From positions 12,470-76,469 of the forward strand of contig MGAM01000015.1 in assembly GCA_001789725.1 (NCBI GenBank): DNA of 64,000 nucleotides, written 5' to 3'. Under the pieces are notes generated by a model. The model was not told where the DNA came from. It saw only the letters and a program-made list of their open reading frames with translations, and did not search any database. This document shows, in pieces, positions 43,050-51,105 of this stretch (position 1 is its first letter; the number at the start of each line of letters is the position of its first letter). The position numbers and the translations under genes were made by a program. This DNA comes from Candidatus Roizmanbacteria bacterium RIFCSPLOWO2_01_FULL_39_19 (GTDB lineage Bacteria > Patescibacteriota > Microgenomatia > UBA1406 > HO2-37-13b).

Positions 43050-43114
43050 TCTACCCCCCGCTACAACATTTTTTAAAGACCATTCTGGACCCGGGTTCGA
43101 CTCCCAACATCTCT
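43042..43114 (+). repeat. attR-like copy (degenerate tmRNA 3' fragment)
   Basis: AAAAATAATCTACCCCCCGCTACAACATTTTTTAAAGACCATTCTGGACCCGGGTTCGACTCCCAACATCTCT. It shares a 37-nt identical core with the first copy, has ~7 mismatches, and its T-stem is broken. Confidence 0.75.
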
Positions 43115-43120
43115 GCCAAA

Positions 43121-43822
43121 TTAGAATTGCATCTTAATAGGCAAATCTCTTGTTCCGTTGGGAAACATTCTTTTACCCATACGATGAACTCTATCGTATA
43201 CTTGTGACGAAGGTCTATAACTATCTCCTGCCTCAAAAAGGACTTGTGTCGAAGCTGACACAGCCCTCATGTTCATTTCTCTCATAACAGCAATTGCTTT
43301 TTGCTGTGTTTGTATATCTTGCCAAGAGATCCGTTCAATATCTCTCATCTGAGTTGCCCCCCCTGCCAAATGAGCCACAGCTTCAACAGGATGAGCCTGA
43401 GCATGTAAGAAAAATTGGATGGGAATTATGAAATAGGTTCTGTCATCATGAAGAGACCGAGTACTTATAATGCCCTCGGGTACAAAATGAGGAGGTCGAA
43501 TGACCGGAAGTCTCGTTATTTGAGCGGTTGTTGATAGCAGATCATTATTAAGCACCGTAACAACGGGGTGAGGACCAGGTTCTAACAAGCGCCATGCTTG
43601 AGTGCCAGTTTGACGGAGGAATGGACTTAATGCCCTATTAGCCAACCATCCTAAACCTGCATGGATATAGTCAATAAACACTCCAATATTTTGAGTGGCA
43701 AGCTGTTGTTGAAAAAATATAGCATTGCCTAAATATTGGGCATATCGAGCATTAATCAGATCAAATGCATGGGAAACGCCATCATCAGATGGTAAGTATT
43801 CCTCGGCTGTCTCTATAGTCAT
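43121..43822 (-). CDS. Hypothetical protein (233 aa), GC-richer, immediately outside attR
   Basis: Clean ORF. A TATAAT lies 8 nt upstream of the ATG. I recognise no motif. Confidence 0.5.
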   Translation of the reverse strand: MTIETAEEYLPSDDGVSHAFDLINARYAQYLGNAIFFQQQLATQNIGVFIDYIHAGLGWLANRALSPFLRQTGTQAWRLLEPGPHPVVTVLNNDLLSTTAQITRLPVIRPPHFVPEGIISTRSLHDDRTYFIIPIQFFLHAQAHPVEAVAHLAGGATQMRDIERISWQDIQTQQKAIAVMREMNMRAVSASTQVLFEAGDSYRPSSQVYDRVHRMGKRMFPNGTRDLPIKMQF

Positions 43823-43833
43823 TTGGGGATATT

Positions 43834-43864
43834 ATAGCATAGAGACAATCTATGCTATTTTTTT
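43834..43864. terminator. Perfect 10-bp inverted repeat followed by a T-run
   Basis: ATAGCATAGA-gacaa-TCTATGCTAT then TTTTTT, in terminator form on the + strand. It sits between the yidD stop and the start of the 233-aa ORF (both minus strand). The 3' arm contains the TATAAT of that ORF. Confidence 0.35.
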
Positions 43865-43865
43865 A

Positions 43866-44102
43866 CTAAACAAGATCGTGTCCTCCCTTTGAAAAAGGAT
43901 TACATCTTACAATCCTCCAGACACCAAGACTACTCCCCTTAATTACCCCGTATTTTCTAACAGCCTGCTCAAAATATTTAGAACAAGTTGGGTGAAATTT
44001 ACAATCTCCACCAAAAAGTAAAAAATGACTTCCCACGAGCAATCTTAATGGTTGGTTTTTCTGATACCATTTGATTAAAGAAACAAGCGGTTTTTTTATC
44101 AT
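43866..44102 (-). CDS. yidD: Membrane protein insertion efficiency factor YidD
   Basis: LIKWYQK...CKFHPTCSKYFEQAVRKYGVIKGSSLGVWRIVRCNPFSKGGHD. Confidence 0.9.
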   Translation of the reverse strand: MIKKPLVSLIKWYQKNQPLRLLVGSHFLLFGGDCKFHPTCSKYFEQAVRKYGVIKGSSLGVWRIVRCNPFSKGGHDLV

Positions 44103-44129
44103 TGTGTCAAACTAAAGTATAATACAAGC

Positions 44130-44897
44130 ATGAAAATAACAATAATTTCTCTCTTTCCTGAGATGATACGGGGTTTTTTAAACGAAAGTATTATCAAACG
44201 TGCCCAAGAAAAAGGCAAGGTCACAATAAAAACTATTAACTTAAGAGATTTTGGGGAGGGGGCATATAAACAAGTTGATGACAGGCCCTATGGAGGAGGA
44301 GCGGGGATGATCCTTATGGTTTCGCCTTTGGCAAAAGCCATAAAGAAATCAAAAATTAAAAATCAAAAAATAAAAATTAAGAAAAAAATTATTCTTACCT
44401 CTCCCAGAGGAAAGAAATATTCACAAGAGGTTGCTCAAGAATTTTCTAAACTTGATGATTTGACCATTATATGCGGACACTATGAAGGGATTGACGAGAG
44501 AGTCGTGGATTATGTTGATGAGGAGATATCGTTGGGGGATTTTGTTATGACTGGAGGAGAAATAGCAGCTTGTGCAATTATTGATTCTGTTGTTCGACTG
44601 ATCCCGGGAGTTTTAAAGAAGACAGAGGCAACAGCCGAGGAAAGTTTTTTTGATGTTTCGACTGAAGAGCTTCTTAAGTTAATTCCCGACGACGGGGATC
44701 TTTTAAATCTTTTTAAAAAAAATATTAAGAAGGTAAAACTCATTGAATACTCTCACTACACCCGCCCTGTCGACTTTGGGGGAGATAAGGTTCCCGAAGT
44801 ATTGTTATCGGGAGATCATAAAGAAATTCAGAATTGGCGGATAAAACAGGCTTTTTTATTAACCAAGAAACGCCGCCCCGACCTCTTGCGCAAGTGA
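44130..44897 (+). CDS. trmD: tRNA (guanine37-N1)-methyltransferase
   Basis: IISLFPEM...VDDRPYGGGAGM...CGHYEGIDERV...SLGDFVMTGGE, with a Lys-rich insertion (KKSKIKNQKIKIKKK). Confidence 0.9.
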   Translation: MKITIISLFPEMIRGFLNESIIKRAQEKGKVTIKTINLRDFGEGAYKQVDDRPYGGGAGMILMVSPLAKAIKKSKIKNQKIKIKKKIILTSPRGKKYSQEVAQEFSKLDDLTIICGHYEGIDERVVDYVDEEISLGDFVMTGGEIAACAIIDSVVRLIPGVLKKTEATAEESFFDVSTEELLKLIPDDGDLLNLFKKNIKKVKLIEYSHYTRPVDFGGDKVPEVLLSGDHKEIQNWRIKQAFLLTKKRRPDLLRK

Positions 44898-44921
44898 GAT
44901 GTGTCATGTATATTTCATCAC

Positions 44922-45608
44922 ATGGTAAATTTTCAAAAAGTCTCCAAAAAATTTGGAACTACAACTGCTGTCTCTGACTTAACTTTTTCAATAAAAGAGG
45001 GAGAAATCGTCGGACTTCTTGGGTTAAATGGGGCCGGCAAAACTACAACAATGAGGCTTATTGTTGGCGCTCTGTCTCCAAATGAGGGAGTCGTGAGAGT
45101 AAATAATTACGATCCAATTGCAAACCATCTTAACACAGCATCTTTAATTGGGTATCTTCCTGAGAATAACCCACTATACCTTGATATGTTAGTTAAGGAA
45201 TATTTAAAGTTTGTAAGCGCGGTTAAGGAAAAAACAAGCGATGATTATTTTACTGACATTATCAGGCAAACAGGTTTAATAGGATATCTAAACAAAAAAA
45301 TAGAAACATTATCTCGTGGATACAAACAACGAGTTGGGCTTGCAACAGCTTTGCTTGGCGACCCAAAGATAATTATCCTTGACGAGCCAACATCGGGCCT
45401 TGACCCAATTGAACAAGAAAAGATCAAAGACTTAATAGTTAATCTTGGCAAAAATAAAACAATAATATTTTCAACACATATCTTATCTGAAGTTGAAGAT
45501 ATTGCAACCCGACTCTTAATCCTTAATAAAGGAATCATTGTTTATGATGGAGAGAATCCGAGAAAGTTAGGATCGGTTGAAGTTTTATTTAAAAAATATG
45601 TTTCTTAA
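44922..45608 (+). CDS. ABC transporter ATP-binding protein
   Basis: GLNGAGKTTT, LSRGYKQRV, IIILDEPTSGLD. Confidence 0.85.
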   Translation: MVNFQKVSKKFGTTTAVSDLTFSIKEGEIVGLLGLNGAGKTTTMRLIVGALSPNEGVVRVNNYDPIANHLNTASLIGYLPENNPLYLDMLVKEYLKFVSAVKEKTSDDYFTDIIRQTGLIGYLNKKIETLSRGYKQRVGLATALLGDPKIIILDEPTSGLDPIEQEKIKDLIVNLGKNKTIIFSTHILSEVEDIATRLLILNKGIIVYDGENPRKLGSVEVLFKKYVS

Positions 45609-46329
45609 ATTAAGAAAAAACATTATCTTGTCTTTAACAAAAAAAGAGCTAGGTTATTATTTTAACAACCCATTTGGATATATTGCCGCAACTCTTTTTG
45701 GAATATTTGCATCTTTTGTGTTTGTTAAAGACATATTTTTAGTAGGGGACGGATCGATGAGGCAATTTTTTGAAATTCTAGTCTGGTTACTATTGATTTT
45801 TGTCCCTACCGTTGCTATGAGACTTTTCAGTGAAGAGAAGCGTTTAAAAACACTTGAGTTGCTGTTGTCTTTTCCGGTAACTATTGAAGAGATTGTTTTA
45901 GCAAAATTTTTGTCACTAATTGTTTTTTGTTTTATTGCCGTTACCCTAACGTTCTCAATTCCCGTCTCATTATTTTTTATATCCAGTCCTCCTGTATCGA
46001 CAATTATTGTTAGCTATTTAGGAGTTTTTATGTTTATTGGATTTCTTGGTTCCGTATCATTATTTTTCTCAAGCAGGACAACAAGCCAAATTGTAGCCTT
46101 ATTGTCTTCTGTTCTTGTATCATTCGTATTTTTAGTATTTGGAAGCGATTTTTTTGGTTCATTTTTACCCCTTTCTCTTAAAAACATACTGGTTTTTATG
46201 TCTCCCTTAAACTATTTGGACTTTTTTTATAAAGGGATCATTGACTTAAGATCGGTTATCTTTTTCTTGACATTTATTTTAGTTTTTTTAGTTTCTAGCT
46301 ATTTGTCAATTAGGAAAAATAGATCATGA
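45598..46329 (+). CDS. ABC-2 type permease (GldF-like)
   Basis: Six-TM permease, overlapping the ATPase stop. Confidence 0.65.
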   Translation: MFLKLRKNIILSLTKKELGYYFNNPFGYIAATLFGIFASFVFVKDIFLVGDGSMRQFFEILVWLLLIFVPTVAMRLFSEEKRLKTLELLLSFPVTIEEIVLAKFLSLIVFCFIAVTLTFSIPVSLFFISSPPVSTIIVSYLGVFMFIGFLGSVSLFFSSRTTSQIVALLSSVLVSFVFLVFGSDFFGSFLPLSLKNILVFMSPLNYLDFFYKGIIDLRSVIFFLTFILVFLVSSYLSIRKNRS

Positions 46330-47825
46330 TTAACAGGGCATTTTCAGAATTTTCAAATTTTTTGTTCTCAACCTCAACAAGTATAAAACTTGTCCTTTTT
46401 ATTTTTATCTGCTTAGTCACTAATATTCTAGCCTCTCTTGTCCCTTTAAGACTTGATATGTCGCGACAAAGCGCATATTCTCTCTCTACGCCAACTAAAA
46501 AAATCCTGTCCAAGGTTAACAAACCAATAATGATAACCGTTTATGTCTCATCAGACATTCCCTCACGTACTCTCCCGCTTAAACGAGACGTAATTGATTT
46601 CCTGAAAGAATACAAAAACACCTCAGGAGGTAAGATAGGACTGTCTTTTAAAGACCCGACAAAGGACAATAAAGCTAAAACTGAGGCAGTAAAAGCCGGC
46701 GTGCCTCAAATCCAATTTTCAGAAGTTGATAAAGATCAATATAAAGTTTCATCGTCTTTTTTTGGACTAACCCTAAGTGACGGAGAAAATACGGCAGTTG
46801 TGCCCCAAGTCGTAACCGTCTCAACGCTCGAATATGATGTCACCTCCGCGATTTATAAGATGACTCGGGTCACGCCTCAAAAAATTGCTTTGGTGGACTT
46901 TCCCCAAGCTTATGATCCTAGAGAAGATATGTTTACAACACTTAAAAGGTCACTGGGGAAACAGTTTGAAATAGAAAATATCAAGTTGGCAACCGACTCG
47001 TTGTCTCTTGACCCCAAAAAAACAAGGGCAGCTTTATTTATTGCTGATGGATTTTTGCCATCAACCAAAAAAGTTCATAAACAGCTGGCCAATTACATCG
47101 AAAATGGCGGGACGCTGGTTGTTTTTGCTGATGGAGTTGCTGTTTCTGACGGGCTTGAAGTGGGGCCTGCAACTCACGATTTATTTGATTTCTTTAAAAA
47201 ATATGGAATTGTTTTAAACAAAAACCTAGCGCTATCATTTAGCGCCCAGTCGGCTACTTTTGCAACAGGACTAGGAGCGTTTGTTGTGAAATATCCGCTT
47301 TGGGTTGCAACAAGTGAGTTTTCAAAACAAACGTCCGACTTTATTAACATTACACAGCTGATGTTCCCTTGGGCATCTTCAGTAAGCATCATCCCATCAA
47401 CAATTGCAAAAACTTTGGTTAAGAGTCCTTCAAATTCATGGGTCCAAACTAAGAATTTTATTGTTATTCCAAATGGTATCCCTGCGCCACAAAAAAACAA
47501 ACTTTCCTCATATTCCTTAATTGCAGAAAGCAGCGTAAACACAGGTAGACTTTTGGTTATCCCGTCAGCCCGATTTGTAAGAGAGCAGTATTTAGCCCAA
47601 GCGCAAGGAAACGTGGAGTTTGTTGTTAATGTGCTTAATCGATATGTGTCGGGAGGTGCATTGTCAGGAATTCGTGCCAGAGCCACTCTAACCAATCCTT
47701 TAAAACCATTAAACAACGAGCAGAAAGACAGAGTGCGTTTTAGAATTTTAGGTATATTGCCGGCGATCTTTTTGTTACTCGGAGGATTTAGGTTGTTTAA
47801 AAGATACAAATATCAAAATAAGTGA
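46326..47825 (+). CDS. GldG-like ABC transporter auxiliary component
   Basis: N- and C-terminal TM anchors flank a large extracytoplasmic domain. It follows the ABC ATPase and ABC-2 permease with a 4-nt overlap. Confidence 0.55.
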   Translation: MINRAFSEFSNFLFSTSTSIKLVLFIFICLVTNILASLVPLRLDMSRQSAYSLSTPTKKILSKVNKPIMITVYVSSDIPSRTLPLKRDVIDFLKEYKNTSGGKIGLSFKDPTKDNKAKTEAVKAGVPQIQFSEVDKDQYKVSSSFFGLTLSDGENTAVVPQVVTVSTLEYDVTSAIYKMTRVTPQKIALVDFPQAYDPREDMFTTLKRSLGKQFEIENIKLATDSLSLDPKKTRAALFIADGFLPSTKKVHKQLANYIENGGTLVVFADGVAVSDGLEVGPATHDLFDFFKKYGIVLNKNLALSFSAQSATFATGLGAFVVKYPLWVATSEFSKQTSDFINITQLMFPWASSVSIIPSTIAKTLVKSPSNSWVQTKNFIVIPNGIPAPQKNKLSSYSLIAESSVNTGRLLVIPSARFVREQYLAQAQGNVEFVVNVLNRYVSGGALSGIRARATLTNPLKPLNNEQKDRVRFRILGILPAIFLLLGGFRLFKRYKYQNK

Positions 47826-48529
47826 ATCTATTGTATCGCATTGTCGATTGTTTTTTCCCTCATTTCTGTGTTTGTTGCGGATCAATCGGCACAGATTTAT
47901 GTCTTAATTGTTTGAGTAAAATTAAGCCAAGAATAGTAGCTCAGTGTGTTTATTGTTATGATTATGTTGAAAATGGCAAAACGCACAAGAACTGTCTGAA
48001 AAAATACGGAATTGACGGCGTATGGATTCTATTTCCCTACGCACCCCTGTTAAGAACGATCATTCATGCCGTTAAATATCGAAACGTCAGAGGAGCAATG
48101 CGAGATTTAATTATCTCAAAAGGACAAACGCGTCTGGCTTATCAATGCAGACAGATTTTTCCACAGGATGCTATTTTAATTCCAATACCATTGTTCTCAT
48201 CAAGACATCGTAGCCGTGGTTTTAACCAGGCAGCTTACATAGCCGATGTATTTGGTCACCTGTTTAAATTAAACGTTGACGAGACGATTCTTTTAAGAAA
48301 AAAAGATACAACCGCCCAAAGTGCAATTAAAGAGAAAGGAGCCCGATTTGAAAATATTAAAGGCGCTTTTGAGATAAACACAAAACAGAAAATAAGAACA
48401 ATTGTTTTAGTTGATGATGTTTGGACAACAGGAGCAACAATGCTTGAGGCTTGCAAGGTTTTAAAACAAAGCGGAGTGATCCAAGTATTTGCCTTAATTT
48501 TATCAGGCAAAATACAACCAAGCGCTTGA
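47822..48529 (+). CDS. comFC: ComF family protein (phosphoribosyltransferase domain, ComFC-like)
   Basis: N-terminal Cys4 (CVCCGS...CLNC...CVYC). C-terminal PRT motif IVLVDDVWTTGATM. Confidence 0.75.
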   Translation: MNLLYRIVDCFFPHFCVCCGSIGTDLCLNCLSKIKPRIVAQCVYCYDYVENGKTHKNCLKKYGIDGVWILFPYAPLLRTIIHAVKYRNVRGAMRDLIISKGQTRLAYQCRQIFPQDAILIPIPLFSSRHRSRGFNQAAYIADVFGHLFKLNVDETILLRKKDTTAQSAIKEKGARFENIKGAFEINTKQKIRTIVLVDDVWTTGATMLEACKVLKQSGVIQVFALILSGKIQPSA

Positions 48530-48563
48530 AATGAGTTAATAAATTGTTTATACATAAAGATAC

Positions 48564-49538
48564 ATGGTTCAAAAAATCGAGATCTCCTCAAGGACGATAA
48601 TCTTCACCGTGTTTTTCCTCCTTTTCCTTTGGATTTTATGGATAATTAGAGAACTAATTTTTGCGCTTTTGTTTGCGTTCATTTTTATGAGTGCGTTCAA
48701 GCCAGCCGTATCTTATCTTCACCGGAAAAAAATCCCGCGGGGGATTGCTGCATTTGTTATATTTGCCACAGCAATTGGGTCGGCCGTCTTTTTGTTTAGG
48801 TTTATCCTCCCGCCTGTAGTTGGTGAAATTATTATTTTTGTTAAAAATTTGCCGTCTCTTATAACGGCAGCTTTTCCGTTCCTTGCCTCATCAATCAACA
48901 CGGACTCTTTGGTTGGGTTGCTACCTAATATTACCAACAATGCATTCCGACTCGTTACGGGCGTTTTTTCGAATGTGATATTTTTAATATCAGTATTGTT
49001 CTTTACCTACTATTTTCTTCTGGAGGAACAATTCTTAGGCAGTTTTGTTGGAAAGTTTTTAGAAAAACACAAGGCTGACTTAATTCTTGATATTATCGAT
49101 AAAGTCGAGAAAAGAATGCACGCATGGGTCTGGGGAGAGTTTGTATTAATGATGATTATTGGAATAATGACCTATATTGGACTTTCTTTTTTGGGAGTAA
49201 AATTTGGACTGTCCCTGGCCGTTATAGCGGGATTACTGGAAGTTGTGCCAATAATCGGGCCGATATTGTCAGCTGTTCCGGCGTTTTTTGTGGCAGGTGC
49301 CGTCTCGCCCGTTTTAGGCGGGACAATAATCGTTCTTTATGTAATTATTCAGCAGCTTGAAAATAACTTAATTGTTCCAATGATTATGAGACGGGCGGTT
49401 GGGATGAATCCGGTTTTAACACTCATTGCCCTTAGCATCGGTGGCAAGTTAGGTGGAGTTTTTGGAATTATTCTTGGCGTTCCAATTGCTCTTGCTGTTG
49501 AGACAATCTTAATTGAAGTATCGAAAAATAGACACTAA
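48564..49538 (+). CDS. AI-2E family transporter (PerM-like)
   Basis: Polytopic protein with the LLEVVPIIGPILSAVPA...QQLENNLIVP motifs. Confidence 0.75.
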   Translation: MVQKIEISSRTIIFTVFFLLFLWILWIIRELIFALLFAFIFMSAFKPAVSYLHRKKIPRGIAAFVIFATAIGSAVFLFRFILPPVVGEIIIFVKNLPSLITAAFPFLASSINTDSLVGLLPNITNNAFRLVTGVFSNVIFLISVLFFTYYFLLEEQFLGSFVGKFLEKHKADLILDIIDKVEKRMHAWVWGEFVLMMIIGIMTYIGLSFLGVKFGLSLAVIAGLLEVVPIIGPILSAVPAFFVAGAVSPVLGGTIIVLYVIIQQLENNLIVPMIMRRAVGMNPVLTLIALSIGGKLGGVFGIILGVPIALAVETILIEVSKNRH

Positions 49539-49544
49539 CTCTTA

Positions 49545-51068
49545 ATGCTTTCAACTGTAATTTCAGGTACAACAATCGGCCTTAAAGGGGTTTTGGTCAG
49601 GGTTGAAGTTGATGTGTACAATCGGGGATTTCCCCAGTTCAGGGTGGTTGGATTACCGAGCAAATCGATCGAGGAGTCCAAAGATAGAGTCAAAACCGCA
49701 ATAAAAAATCTAGGATTTAAGTTTCCACAGGGTAGAATTATTGTTAATCTGGCTCCTGCTGATATCCCCAAGGACGGTTCAATATTTGACGTTCCTATTG
49801 CCCTTGGAATACTCTCATCATCCGGCGTTGTCCCGCCCGAAACACTAAAAAAGAAGTTATTTTTTGGCGAACTCTCCCTTGAGGGGAAAATAAGAGCTGT
49901 TATTGGCTCGCTGCCAATTGCCATTTCGGCAAAGAAAGAAAATATAGACACTTTTTTTGTTCCACATGGAAACCTAAAAGAGGTATCTCTTTTAGATGAT
50001 ATTCATATATTTGCTCCTAAGACGTTAGCTGAAATTATTGAGCACCTCAATGAACAAATAACTTTACCAGAGTTTACTTCCTTAGGTATTGACGAGTTAT
50101 CAAATTTAGATTTGTCATCTGATTTTGCGGTGATTAAAGGTCAGACGGCTGCTAAGCGCGCTTCAGAAATTGCTGCAGCTGGAGGGCACAACCTCCAACT
50201 GATCGGTCCTCCAGGAAGCGGAAAGACAATGATCGCCAAGGCAATACCCGGCATTTTACCAAGACTAACCCGAGAGGAAACTGTCGAAGTTGCTCAGGTT
50301 TACTCAGTCGCTCGTCGTGAGGGAAATTTTATAAAGTCCTTAAAACGTCCATTTCGAAGTCCTCATCACACAATCTCAATTGTTGGTATGGTTGGAGGTG
50401 GCGGAGTCAGAGTTCTGCCGGGTGAGATATCACTTGCCCATAGAGGAGTATTGTTTTTGGATGAATTTCCGGAATTTCCCCGTTCAATTATTGAGTCGCT
50501 TAGGCAACCCTTGGAAGATGGAGTTATTACTGTGACCCGTGCATCAGGCTCAGTAGTGTTCCCGGCGAGATTTATGCTTGTTTGTGCCTCAAACCCCTGT
50601 CCGTGCGGATATCTGGGTCATCCTAAAAAAGATTGTGTTTGCACGGCATCTGACGTTGTTAAATATCAAAAGAAACTATCAGGGCCAATTATTGACAGAA
50701 TCGATTTGCATGTTCACTGCCAAGCAGTCAACACAAAGGAAATTCTTAATATGGATCCAAGCGAGTCAAGCGTAATCATCCACGCTCGTGTTGAAAAGGC
50801 AAGAGAAAGACAATATGAAAGATTTAAAAATGAAACCATGCAGACAAATTCGGAAATGGGTCAGAAAGAAATTAAAAAACACATTGCTTTAGACACACAA
50901 TGTCTTAATCATCTAAAAACGGCCATTGACCGCTACGGTCTTTCGGCCAGAGGATATTTTAGAATTCTAAAAGTAGCCAGAACTATTGCCGATCTTGCCG
51001 GATCTAGTAGTATACAAACTCCTCATTTGCTTGAGGCAATTCAATTCCGGGTATTTGAGCCTCAATAA
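49545..51068 (+). CDS. comM: YifB/ComM family Mg-chelatase-like AAA+ ATPase
   Basis: Lon-protease-like N-domain, GPPGSGKTM, GVLFLDEFPEF, and the C-terminal Mg_chelatase_C. Confidence 0.85.
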   Translation: MLSTVISGTTIGLKGVLVRVEVDVYNRGFPQFRVVGLPSKSIEESKDRVKTAIKNLGFKFPQGRIIVNLAPADIPKDGSIFDVPIALGILSSSGVVPPETLKKKLFFGELSLEGKIRAVIGSLPIAISAKKENIDTFFVPHGNLKEVSLLDDIHIFAPKTLAEIIEHLNEQITLPEFTSLGIDELSNLDLSSDFAVIKGQTAAKRASEIAAAGGHNLQLIGPPGSGKTMIAKAIPGILPRLTREETVEVAQVYSVARREGNFIKSLKRPFRSPHHTISIVGMVGGGGVRVLPGEISLAHRGVLFLDEFPEFPRSIIESLRQPLEDGVITVTRASGSVVFPARFMLVCASNPCPCGYLGHPKKDCVCTASDVVKYQKKLSGPIIDRIDLHVHCQAVNTKEILNMDPSESSVIIHARVEKARERQYERFKNETMQTNSEMGQKEIKKHIALDTQCLNHLKTAIDRYGLSARGYFRILKVARTIADLAGSSSIQTPHLLEAIQFRVFEPQ

Positions 51069-51105
51069 TTATTGTTTAATGTGAAAACTTAATATATCAT
51101 CAATA

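Larger units (their letters stand above)
36430..43114. mobile_element. Genomic island (satellite-like or decayed prophage) integrated in the ssrA 3' end
   Basis: Bounded by 73-bp imperfect direct repeats derived from the tmRNA 3' end. Contains a large serine recombinase, a TerS-like gene, and cargo of mixed composition. Confidence 0.7.

Noticed and set aside
43051-43236. 61-aa minus-strand ORF ending ...LGVEPGSRMVFKKCCSGG.
   Set aside because: Its C-terminus is simply the antisense of the tmRNA-derived attR repeat, and it overlaps the 233-aa ORF. It is an artefact of the repeat, not an independent gene.
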